This document shows positions 49,469 to 61,345 of a stretch of 64,000 nucleotides of DNA, piece after piece (positions within the stretch are counted from its first letter, which is position 1; each line of letters begins with the position of its first letter). Source of the stretch: the human T2T-CHM13v2.0 reference genome, Homo sapiens. The notes beneath the pieces are model-generated. The model worked only from the letters and a program-made list of their open reading frames with translations, made no database searches and was not told the DNA's origin. A program made the translations under genes and the position numbers. The DNA lies in assembly GCF_009914755.1 (NCBI RefSeq), contig NC_060926.1; one strand, given 5' to 3'.

Positions 49469-50082
49469 CTCAGCAGCCTTGCTTCAACTCAAAACAGAAT
49501 AGTAGAATGTCATTATTTTTTAATATGTAAAACAGAGGGATCAACCAACAGGGTAATGGGGCTGAGACATATGATATTGGACAGAGACGTACATTTACTA
49601 ACCCACGTATTTTTGATATAACCTTGAAGCTAGTCCTTGTGTTCTAAACCTAGGAAAAACTCTAGGTTGTAATTCATATTTAAATATTCTTAAGCAATGA
49701 GAGAATGGCCACCTAGATCCTTAGCAATGGTAAAAACCACACCAGAGGAAATACTTTCTCTCCATGTGTACCAATTGTACTAAAAAGTCTTTCAAAATTT
49801 TAAGAACATTTATACCCCGTCACAGGGCTTTATCATAGCTTACATAGCCTCTTGTAAAAATCTATACAGTGAGAAACTCAACAGATCCACTCGCGAGTTT
49901 TCGGCTTTATATGGAAAGGGACCAACCAGGTAAAGTAAATTCACAGGACAGGATGAATTGAGGACAAAGAGGCTGGGTCTGGGCCTCTTTGTCCTCAGAT
50001 CCTAGTTCTTCCCTTTTATTCTCTGTACCATAGGAGGGTTGGTCCTAGCCAGCTATATTTTGCAGATGCTGTTTTTGTGGGG

Positions 50083-50666
50083 TTTTTTTTCGACTTTTAT
50101 TTTAGATTAAGAAGGTACATGTGTAGGTTTGTTACCTGGGTATACTGCGTGATGCTGAGGTTTGAGGTACAAATAATGCCATCACCCAGGTATAGAGCAT
50201 ACTACCCAACAGTTTTTCAACTCTTGCTCACCTCCCTCCCTCTCCCATCTAGTTGTCCCCAGTGTCTATTGTTGCCATCTTTATGTCCATGTGTACCCAG
50301 TGTTCAGCTCCCACTTATAAGAAAGAACATGGGGTATTTGGTTTTCTGTCTCTGCATTAATTTGCTTAGGATAATGGCCTCCAGCTGTATCCATGTTGCT
50401 CCAGAGGACATGATTTCATTCTTTTTTATGGCTGTGTAGTATTCTGTGTGTATGTACCACATTTTCTTTATCCAGTCCACCATCACTGGGCACCTAGGTT
50501 GATTCCATATCTTTGCTATCGTGAATAGTGTTGCGATGAACATGCAAGTACTTGTGTCTTTTTGGTAGAAAGATTTGTTTCCTTTTGGATGTATACCCAG
50601 TAATGGGATTGCTGGGCCCAATGGTAGCTCAGTTTTAAGTTAAGTTATTTGAGAAATCTCCAAACT
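50083..50666 (-). mobile_element. L1 3' end (L1PA15/16-like)
   Basis: ORF 50304-50621 translates as L1 ORF2 C-terminus ([11 protein letters not shown]...WIKKMWYIH), with an L1PA16-type 3' UTR. Confidence 0.9.
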
Positions 50667-53069
50667 TACATGTGCTCTTGAGATGCTGTTGCACCCGGTC
50701 AAAGCCACTGGAAGGAGATGGTAGAAAGAGAGAGAAGACAAAGGCCAGCAGTTTATGAGTTTATCCCCAACCCGTTCACCCTTGCCACCCATCTGCCTCA
50801 GGTAGCTTTTCAGCCTGAGGCTCCTTCTCCTCTACAGCTTCAGCTTTGACCAGACAGGGCCCATCTGGTTTCAGCTCCCATCTGGTGACACAGACTCTCC
50901 TTTCTTTGCTTTTCCAGCCTGGAGAAGGTAGTGGCTTCCTGATGTGTCTACTTTCTTGGTTACTCCACTCTTCCTTATCTGGTTCTCAGCTTCTTCTTTA
51001 TATGGGTAACCAATTGTCTGCATCAAATTAATTCCCTTTGTTGGTGTAAATACTTAAAATGGTTTCTGTTTTTTGCTTACACACAAGTAAAACATCATGT
51101 CAGTTGATGTCATGGTACATGTTGTCATAACATTATTTCCCTTTTCTCTTTTATTACCCCCAAGCCCAGTTTGTGGAGAGTTAACATTTTTATTTGGCCC
51201 CAGATTGGGAGATCTGTTACTCTTTCATGGAAGAGTTAAAAGGTGGTTAGACCAAACAGAATTTTGCATCCAACTGGAATACTTTGCATCTGAGGAGAAA
51301 ATGCTATTTCTAGTACAAGCAATTAATGACCACTGGAGCGGTCTGAATTACTTTAATTTTTATTATATGTTTGAAAGTTATCACATAGTCCAAGAAGAGT
51401 GAACAGAAGGCATTTACTTTTTAAAATAACTTCTTTTTGGACCAAAAAAAAAAAACCCCATTAATATCATAAGACCCTGCAATTGCCATAGTAATCCCTT
51501 GTCTGATAATACTCATTGGGGTAACAAAAACACTAGGGATTGTTTTATATCTCAGCATCCAAGTACAGCAACTATTGATCTGAAATTCTATACTTGAGAT
51601 CAATCCAACTGGGTCACCTGCAGGTTATTTCATGGGGATTTAACCCACTGACTGCAAAGATTTAATTCCCTGGAAATGACTTGTACTGAAGGCATTATTA
51701 GTACTGTAAATGTGAACTCAGTAGAAAAGCACAGCCAGGGAGTTTTATGATAGGTGATGCAATCTTGTGGCTAGAGGCCTGCAGGGGTCCAGACATTTCC
51801 AGTAGATCTAAATCCTAGGAAATGTACTAACTTTACCACTGTTCCCATCTTTTTCTTCTGGTAACTCTACAGATCCAAAGAAAAAAGACAACAAGCAATG
51901 TTTTTTCTGTTTTAATGTCTGCATTTTTCCAAAGTTCCTGAAAAAGAGAAAGGGAGGAGAAAAACTCATTGGCATTTCTAATAATTGTCTCATGTAATTC
52001 TCAAAATAAGAAAGCAGGAGATATTGGAGAAATGGAAAGATCATCTGCACAATAATTTCTAGCTCATAAAGTAGTTACTATGAGAATGAGAATAGAACAG
52101 GATTTTCTTACTCCATGTTAGGCACTTAGTAAGCTATTTAAAAAGAAATTAGTTTTTAGAGAAGTTATAAATGCACATAGCTCAAAAAACTAGACTTGGC
52201 ATTCAAATACAAATATAAATACTTTGTATCATTGTATATTGCCTTGAGCAATAGCTATTGCCAAGTATCTGTATTTTATATCATCCTACAGAAGACCCAT
52301 ATGTCCTATGTCATCTTATATAAGACTACAAGCATTTTTTCTACATTTTAAAAGCTGAGTTTAGAATTAAATTAATGGTCAGAAATTTCAGTATTGGAGT
52401 TTTAGGTTAGAAATAAAGTAGAACTTTCCAAGAGTGAGTGAGATTTCAATGTTTAGTACTAGATATTAAAAGCATTCATGCCTTAAATGTTGACTTCTCT
52501 GGGTACATTTTAACCCTGCACTCTGATTTCTATGATCAATTGCTCAATATCTCCTTTTGAAATTTATTTATATGTACACAATGTTACTTTTCTATTTCAT
52601 ATGAGTATTTTAATTGTATTAAGATTCTTATTTATAATTATTTACTTGATCAAATTACAATATTCAACAAACAAAATCTTACAGAAGAAGTTAGGATGAA
52701 AAGCAATGGATTGGGCCCTATCACATCATATCCCCTGACCTACTCGTGAGAGGAAACCTCATTTAGTGATTTTAATTTTTATCTCTTCTGGTTACTTTCA
52801 TAACTCTAGATAATATCTCTACTTTTGATTTATCAACTATGGATAATATCTGTTACCTAATATTGTTTCATTCTACTCCACTTCTTTTAGTATGTGGTAG
52901 CCATATATTATAATTGCAAGCTAAATAATATGCCTAAACCTCGTTTTCTTGTTTCATCAACATTCAACAATATCTGCTAACTCTTCCATTCATAAGGTGA
53001 GCATATACTCCTTCCCACCCTTTCCTTAATCTTTCTATAGTTTATTTTTAATTTTTAATAATTGAGGAT

Positions 53070-54100
53070 TTTTTTCTAGTTCTACTGAGGTATAATTGGC
53101 ATACAATGAACTGCATGTTTTAAAAGCTTAACTTTGATAAGTTTTGACAAATGTTTGCACCACAACCAGGAAAAAGAACATCTCTGTTATTCCCAAAAGT
53201 TTCCTCTTAATCCTTGACAATTCTCTTTCCTTCCCCTTTCCACCTGCTCTGCACTCCCATCCCAAGCCACCACTGATCTGCTTCCTGTCACTATCGATAC
53301 ATTTACATTTTCTAGAATTTTATATAAATGGAATCATACAGTATGCACTCTTTTGGGGGAGAGGCTTTTTTTCATTCAACATAATTATTTTGAGATTTAT
53401 CCATGTTATATTAGTTCATTTTTCATTAATGAGTAATATTTCATTATTTGAAGATAACACAATTTGTTCAGTTGTTTATGGATATTTGGGTTGTTTCTAG
53501 TCTTTGATTGTTACAAATGAAGCATTTACAAATCTGTGAACATTTATATACAAATTTTTGTGTGGACAAATGCTTTTAGTCTTCCTGGTGATACTTAGAA
53601 GTGGAGAGCTGGTTCATATGGTAGGTATATATGAACTTTTTAAGAAATTGCTAAGCTGTTTTCCAAAGTCATTGAGCCATTTTTCAATTCCCGTCAACAG
53701 TATATGAGAGTTCCAGTTTCCCCACATCCTCAGCAACACTTGGTGTGGTCAGTGTTTTTAATTTTAGCCATTCTATGTGTGAAGTGGTATTTTGTGGTTT
53801 AATTTGCATTTCACTAAAGATTAATGATGTTAAGCATCTTTTCATGTGCTTATTGGCCATTCCATTATTTTCTGCAGTTAAGAAACCTACTTTTTCAAAA
53901 AAATTGGCTATTTCTTTGCTATTGAGTTTCAAGAGTTCCCTATATATTCTTAATGTTAGTTCTTTATCAAATATATAACTTGCCAATATTTTCACCCATT
54001 CTATGGCTTTGTTTTCCTTCTTTTAACAGTGTTTTCAGAAGAGCAGACATTTTTAATTTTGATAAAGTCCAGTTTATCCATTTTGTCTTTTATGGATCTT
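53070..54100 (-). mobile_element. Old L1M (L1MC/MD-like) 3' region
   Basis: Degenerate ORF2 peptides (ANKHMKRCLTSLIFSEMQIK; DKMDKLDFIKIKN) and a 'tgaggtataattggcatacaat' 3' end. Confidence 0.85.
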
Positions 54101-54269
54101 GCTGTGCCTTCACGTGGACTAATACTATTTTCTTCAACATCTGTTCTGTTGTTAGTCTCAGCCAGTGAATTTTTTTTAATCTTAGGCATTGCAGTTATTA
54201 TTTTTAGAAGTTTGCATTTTTAAATATATTCTGCCTTAAGGTGTCTAATTTTTCTCTAGCTGTTTTAGC

Positions 54270-54366
54270 TTTTATTATTTTAAATGATGCATAATTGTAC
54301 ATATTTATGGGGTAGAATATGATGGTTTGATACATGTATACAGTGTGTAACAATCAAATCAGGGTA
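54270..54366 (-). mobile_element. L1MA 3' terminal fragment
   Basis: ataattgtacatatttatggggta...tttgatacatgtatacagtgtgtaacaatcaaatcagggta. Confidence 0.8.
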
Positions 54367-56149
54367 TGTGAGCTGGCAGTTGTTGATTTGTTGAAGTTTC
54401 CAAAGTTGCCTTTTGTGTACAAAAATAACTTTTCCTCCCACTCCTGGGCAATGTTCCATACATTTTCCATTATTAGAATGCAATCAATGCTAACTCCGTG
54501 ATCAAAAACAATTTTATGATTCCAATGCCATCACTTTTGGTGTTTTTTTCTGGCTTGACTAATAGTAATATATAAAACCATATGAACATATATATTGTGT
54601 TCATATATATATACATATGAATGTATGTATGCATAGGACACAGAGATTAGGCAAGTCGGTGCTAAATTGAGATAGTAATGATGTTACATACAAGTCTTCA
54701 ATTTAAAGGCTACAATCACACATGCCTTTGAAGAGTGTTTTTTTAAATGCCTGGTTTTTTTTAAATGATTAATTAAGGAGTAAAACAAGTTGTGAGAAAT
54801 GGCATCCATAAGATCAACTGAGCACCATTAAAATGCAGACTATTAGCCACCAAAAGTAGAGATTATCCTGTGCCTAAACGGAACTCATATCCCTGTCTAT
54901 ACATCAGTCACATCCTCATCAGATAAAAATAATACATTGCCCTATGGCAAAAAGTACCTATTGCATGTTCTAATGGTTTTTCCCCCCATGGCCTTTATTC
55001 CATTTTGCCTTTAGAGTATACTCTCAATAGGTAATTGTGGGGGGAAAAGCCAGTCAAGTATATTTGCAAATATTTTCTTTACTCTTGACTTTATCTTGCC
55101 CTTTGGTCAAACTATTTCTGATGCATCATCAACTCCATGATGACACTCTTTAGGAGAAAAGAAACAGAGCTTGCAAGGCACTTGACTAAAAACGGTTGCT
55201 AAACATGAAAGCATGATAGTGACAAATTGCCTTAAAACCAGAGAAAGAGCAGGGTGTAAAGGTTCATCACAAAGAAAGCAGAGATGTAAAAATAATGCAG
55301 TATAAAAATATCCTCTATTGCAGCATTTCAAGGAAATTTGAAATTGAAACAAAGGTAAATTTTACAAAGCCTGTTTTTTTAGTTTCCACTGCAAGCTAAC
55401 ATTCTCACAGACTTGGTATTTTTGTTGTGGTTGCTTTTTAATGTGTGTGTGTGTGCACGTGTGCACGCAAACTGGAAAGTTTATGGCTAATGCCTAGCCT
55501 GTCTCTTAACTCATTCTAATTATATTCATAATGAAATTGAAGAAAAATACTTGACTAGAGCCAAATGGCTTGCACAGGTGTCTTTTTGTAAGAATGGTTT
55601 AGTGCTAGATGATAAACAACTGGACCTCCATCTCCTTAATTTGGCTTAATGAAAAGCCCTTTATAAGTAAAACTAGAAGGTGATTCAGAATTAAAATTGG
55701 GCCTTGACTCAGAAATTAATTGAGTGGTAAGACATCAGCTCCATTAGAAAATGTGGTGCTTGTCTTTTTGCCTTTCCTGAAAACTTTTATTTTACTTGCA
55801 CTCCTTTCTTCCATCTACTTAAGGTCACTTTTTCAAAGCAATAAACTCTTCAAGCTGAGCAACCAGCCAGGCAGCCTTCATGAGTCAGCTTCCCTAGCAT
55901 CCTTACTTCTACTGAATAGACCTGCTTTTAAAAAATAGATAACAAAATGCAAAATTTCTCCTCAAAACTTGGTGGAAAGCAATTATCTTCACCTATTCTT
56001 CTAATAGTGGAATTGAGTGGTTGGTTTTCACTGCATCAATAGATTGTAATAAAACTGAAGGTTGGGAGGCCTTCTATCCTACACTGAGGCTTCTGCCTAA
56101 TTTCTTATGCTTTGCTTGACACCACATTGTGATCACCACTGATGAGTCC

Positions 56150-56590
56150 TCTAAAATATCTGCCCACTTACCCCCAACTCTGACTCAGGCCATCTCTAGG
56201 AGAATGGTCTCTCCTATTTCCCATATTCATTTTTTTCTCTACCCAACCCAGCATGATTCTAGTTCTAAAATACACGCAAACTGATATATCTGGCTTGCAT
56301 TTCATTTTGAGAAAAATCCTTCCAAGGTCTTCAAAGTCCTTTATGATCTGGTCACCCACAAGGTCTCCAACTTCATCATTTACTGTTCCCTGCCTTGCCC
56401 ATTGCATTCCAGCCCATTGGTACCCTGGCTCTTCTTTGAATACCCCAAGCACATTGAAAGTCTTTGACTGCTCCATCTGTCTACCGAACACACTCTCCCA
56501 GATTGCTACTCCACTGTCAAGTCCTCAGGGAAGTCTCTCATCAGCTAAGCTAAAGTTTCTACCCGCACCGCACACCACCACCTGTATTCA
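56150..56590 (+). mobile_element. L2 fragment
   Basis: caaagtcctttatgatctgg...cattgcattccagccc...ctccatctgtct, a degenerate L2 3' region. Confidence 0.55.
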
Positions 56591-56604
56591 AATCCTGTCT
56601 CCAC

Positions 56605-56760
56605 TATTTACTATCTAGACCTAGAGCAAATATTTAATCTCTCTAGGCCTCCATTTCCACATTTATAAAATGGAGGGAAAAGTTGTATCTTCACCATGGC
56701 AATTGTAAAAAGAATTTCATGAAATGCACTTATTTACAGAATCCCTGGCACACAGTATCA
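56605..56760 (+). mobile_element. MIR SINE
   Basis: gagcaaatatttaatctctctaggcctccatttccacatttataaaatgga...cctggcacacagt. Confidence 0.7.
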
Positions 56761-56801
56761 AGTTCACTGGTATTATCATATTAGAATATAATCAGAGTGT
56801 C

Positions 56802-56843
56802 CTTTAGTTAACAGTCTCAGAGCTTTAGTTAACAGTCTCAGAG
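56802..56843. repeat. Perfect 21-bp tandem duplication
   Basis: CTTTAGTTAACAGTCTCAGAG twice. Confidence 0.95.
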
Positions 56844-57450
56844 GACCTTGCTGTCCATTCTAACTAATCTTTCCACTTCTCTGGAAAAGCCATTTCAAAT
56901 TATTGTCTTAAAGCGGCCATCTTCATTCTGCTTTAATATTTTGCTTTGAGAATTTCACACAGCACCAAACATGTTTCATATGACAGGATATTCTCTTGCT
57001 TCGTGACCCAGGGATCCCATTTCCTTCATCTCATGACATTTCTCCTTTGTTCTGCCAGATGTTCTCAAGCCCAACCCCACTTGGATAATCCAAAGCCTAC
57101 CACTTTATTATAGAACTTACGCCTTTATCATAACCCAAATGCTATCCAGCTTCTCCGACCTGAGCTTGCCTTGCTTCTATGAAATATTAGCAAATCTGTG
57201 ATGTTCACGGTGGCACCAGAAGAGCCAACTCCAAAGTGATACCTTCTCTCAGTTGGGAAATTTGTAACACTGTAGATCCCAAAATGTTATCAGTTGAACA
57301 CAGGGACAGACAGACACACACACACACGTTCTCCAAACTGGAAATGTTTCACTTTTTCTTTCAGTTGCCACACAATACTCTAGCTTTGAAAGGTAGACTT
57401 TTTATTTTTTAATTATCTCAAGAGAACTTTCATATTAACCTCTCAGGAGC

Positions 57451-57605
57451 TTTTTTTTTTTTTTTTTTTTTTTTTTCAAATTTTTTGTAGAGACAGGGTC
57501 TCACTATGTTGCCCAGGCTGGTCTCGAACTCCCGGACTCAAGCAATTCTCCTGCCTCAGCCCCCGAAAGTGCTGAGACTACAATCCCAAGTCACCATGCC
57601 CAGCC
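57451..57605 (-). mobile_element. Free left Alu monomer (FLAM_C-like) with T26 tract
   Basis: ttttgtagagacagggtctcactatgttgcccaggctggtctcgaactcc...caccatgcccagcc. Confidence 0.85.
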
Positions 57606-59055
57606 TCGTGCTATTTTCAAAGCCTGTTATGGAATAAGAATGGATCCTTTACCCAGTACTCTTGTTTGCCTACATTCAGTCAGACATTCTCATTTGCTCA
57701 AGCACTTGTCCTTTCTCCAGCCCTCCTCTGTCAATACAAGAATTTTCCTTAAATAGCTTCTAGGACTATCATAAGCACCTTGAATTGTGGCTTTTCTTGA
57801 TCTGGCTCATTCCTACTGCTCTGCAGAGTTAAACATTAGATGTGATGGCTCCTGGAGTACTATAAATTTCCTGGGGGCATTCTGCTCATGTTGGAACAGT
57901 GGAATATCCACACTGAGAATTGTCATGTGGTTTAGAGAATGGAATTTTTCCCTAAGGATAGGCTCATACATTTTCTACCTACACTTTCTGAACAGAAACA
58001 TGGAAAATGAATACACTATTATAGAAAATAAGTAGTGGTGCTGGTTTAAGAGTAAAAGTAATATGTTTGGAAGGATGACAGCAGATATATATATATATTT
58101 TAATCTATGAACTATAAAAAAATTATATTGGATAATTATGAGTGTTTTCTTTTCATTGGCTTATTTATAGTTTTCTATTTAAATGTGAAGTTCCTCCCAC
58201 TTCCAACCATTTAATTACATATAACACCTTTATTTTTCAGAAATTGGAATTCTAAAAGATCAAATACCTAAAGCCTGAGTCCATGATTACTGTCTAGCCA
58301 GACAGTTAGTTCTTGGCCCCTTTCCTTTTTCTTCTCACCTTGAGTGTCCAGCAGGTGAAAGGTTGACCCTTTCCCATTTCCAGCCCATTCCTCTGCCAAG
58401 TAACGGATGGGCAGATCTAATTAGTACCATCTGTCCCGCTAGTTGCAGGTGGTTACTGTCTTACAAAGAGATGAAAGCAACAATCTTTTAAGCTTTTCTT
58501 CCAGGTCCCTAACTCTAGGCACAATGGTAACATTATTCTTTGACACCTTGTGTGTATTATTCTCTGAATATCTAATTGGCATCTAAGAAGAAACCATTAC
58601 CTCATTGAAATATTCTTTGGAAATTTCTATGTGCTTGTGTCATGTTATGAAAATGTTTTAGAAAAAGTCGTCAGGAAAAGAAGAATGATCCTGAACAAAT
58701 ATTAGACCCAGAAAGGCTTCAGAAGCTCCTGTCTGTAAGCTTGGATTTGTGATGCTCAGAGCTTCTGCGAGCTGGGCCCCCTCCATGTTAACTGAGCAGA
58801 AATCTCCACCAAGGAGAAAGACAAGCCAGAGCACAACTAGAAAAACCACTTTGGTCAATGTCAGATTTCCAGCAGGATCTTTTTCTAACAGCCCCTTAAA
58901 TATTTTTAAAACACTTAAAGTGTAACCCGTAGAGCCTGTTCAGTGCTCTCCTTTCTTCCTCTGCACTTTCAATAATTTATCATGAATCAAAGTTTCCAGA
59001 CCCTTCATCACCAAGATCACACTCCCTCAAATGTGCCCTCCTAAGGTTTGGAAAT

Positions 59056-59446
59056 TGTCTCAGTCAGATCAGGAAGCTATAGCAAAATACCAGAGAGTGT
59101 GTGGCTTAAATAATGGAAATTTATTTCTCACAGTTCTGGAGCCTGGAAGTCCAAGATGAGGGCACCAGCATGGTCAGTTCCTGGTGAGGGCCCTTACCCT
59201 GGCTTGCAGATGGCCACCTTCTCATTGTGTACTCAAACACAAGATCATTGTGTCCTCAAATACAAGAAGGAGTGGGCTCTGATCTTTCCCTCTTTCTGTA
59301 AGGGCACTAATCCTACCAGGAGAGCCCCACCCTCATGACCCTATCTAAACTTTGTTGCCCCCCCCAAAGACCCTTCTCCAAATACCATCACATTGAGGGT
59401 TAGGGCTTCAATGTATTAATTTTTGGGACACATTCAGTGAATAAGA
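59056..59446 (-). mobile_element. MaLR solo LTR (MLT1A-like)
   Basis: tgtctcagtc...tttatttctcacagttctggag...gtccaagat...ggcttgcagatggccaccttctc...caaataccatcacattg...gggacacattcagt. Confidence 0.88.
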
Positions 59447-59998
59447 GAAATCATACTTCAGTGGACCGTTTTATTTGCACAACTTTATCAGTGCAGAATA
59501 AAGCTTCCTCCTATATTCTCACAATATCTTCCTCTTACTATGATAAAATATTTGATTTTTTCCTTATTAATATTATACTATTGGGATCCAAAATTGAATT
59601 TAGAGTCCAAGTTCTCACTTTTACCATTTTCTCTCTCAGATAAGTTTGTACAAGTTTAAATTTCCATGCTGAAATGTGCACACCATCTTGTACCATGGTA
59701 CAAGAGAATTTTGCTTTAAGTTTTGCATATTCAAAAGACTTATGTCACCTGAGTCTCATAACAACAGGAACTGGGACCAAAACCCAAGTTTTTAACTACA
59801 AATTCATTGTGCCTTCCTCCTAGTATTGTGATATTTACAAACCTGAGCAGTTTGTCTTCCAAGTCCATATTTACGTCCTCAAATACATTCAAAACCATAT
59901 AAGACAAATTGCAAGGCCATTTAAAACAATGGAGCAGTTAGAGATAAAAATTTACAACATTTGGGGAGGAAATTCAAATATTGTGCCAAAAAAAAAAA

Positions 59999-60949
59999 AC
60001 TCATCCGACAAAGGGCTAATATCCAGAATCTACAATGAACTCAAACAAATCTACATGAAAAAAACAAACAACCCCATCAAAAAGTGGGCGAAGGACATGA
60101 ACAGACACTTCTCAAAAGAAGACATTTAGGCAGCCAAAAAACACATGAAAAAATGCTCACCATCACTGGCCATCAGAGAAATGCAAATCTAAACCGCAAT
60201 GAGATACCATCTCACACCAGTTAGAATGGCAATCATTAAAAAGTCAGGAAACAACAGGTGCTGGAGAGGATGTGGAGAAATAGGAACACTTTTACACTGT
60301 TGGTGGGACTGTAAACTAGTTCAACCATTGTGGAAGTCAGTGTGGCGATTCCTCAGGGATCTAGAACTGGAAATACCATTTGACCCAGCCATCCCATTAC
60401 TGGGTATATACCCAAAGGACTATAAATCATGCTGCTATAAAGACACATGCACACGTATGTTTATTGCGGCACTATTCACAATAGCAAAGACTTGGAACCA
60501 ACCCAAATGTCCAACAATGATAGACTGGATTAAGAAAATGTGGCACATATACACCATGGAATACTATGCAGCCATAAAAAATGATGAGTTCATGTGGTTT
60601 GTAGGGACATGGATGAAATTGGAAATCATCATTCTCAGTAAACTATCTCAAGAACAAAAAACCAAACACCGCATATTCTCACTCATAGGTGGGAATTGAA
60701 CAATGAGATCACATGGACACAGGAAGGGGAATATCACACTCTGGGGACTGTGGTGGGGTGGGGGGATGGGGGAGGGATAGCATTGGGAGGTATACCTAAT
60801 GCTAGATGACGAGTTAGTGGGTGCAGCGCACCAGCATGGCACATGTATACATATGTAACTAACCTGCACAATGTGCACATGTACCCTAAAACTTAAAGTA
60901 TAATAATAATAAATAAAAGAAAAAAAAATATTAAAAAAAAAAAAAAAAA
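59999..60949 (+). mobile_element. 5'-truncated L1PA2 (about 950 bp: ORF2 C-terminus, 3' UTR, poly(A)), sense to ARHGAP15
   Basis: ORF 60199-60699 is the L1 ORF2 C-terminus. The 3' UTR has GATGAC-GAG-TTAG (not the Ta 'ACA'), CACAATGTG and ACTTAAAGTAT. Two premature stops lie upstream in ORF2. Confidence 0.95.
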
Positions 60950-61194
60950 TCAGAGAAGAGACATTCCAAATTTACAAAGTGAAGTTCTCTAGACATTTGG
61001 ACAACATTTAGAAAGAATTTGAATCACTAATACTATAAACTATTAGACTAGTGGGAATTTAAATAAACCCCATAACTGTCCATATGATTACAATTCTAAT
61101 TTCTAGTATACTTACCATACTTTTACTTACATATAGCCAATTGCTATGTGTACATTTCACTATTTAAGTTTATTTTTATAATACTCCTTTGTGG

Positions 61195-61345
61195 TTACTA
61201 TTATTCTTCCTATTGTTTCCATTTGGGAAATTTAGACTAATCAATATTAAGTAGCCTTCCTAAGGCTACCAGCTGGGAATTTGCAGAGCTAGAATTCGAA
61301 CCCATAACTGGAAGATTCCAAAGCTGTTACTCTTAACCACACAAC
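61195..61345 (-). mobile_element. MIR SINE
   Basis: attaagtagccttcctaagg...gcagagctagaattcgaaccc...attccaaagctgttactcttaaccac. Confidence 0.7.

Noticed and set aside
53144-54223. Cluster of 60-120-aa ORFs
   Set aside because: Degenerate old L1 ORF2 and 3' UTR
54570-54630. Short AT-rich inverted repeat (atatgaaca...tgttcatat)
   Set aside because: 9-bp arms inside (TA)-rich low-complexity sequence; expected by chance
41094-57605. Possible Alu-driven circRNA of the single exon
   Set aside because: The nearest Alus on both sides (41094-41371 and 57451-57605) are in the same orientation, so they cannot pair across the exon
60199-60699. 166-aa ORF, the longest in the track
   Set aside because: C-terminal fragment of L1 ORF2 in a 5'-truncated element with upstream stops; not a host gene
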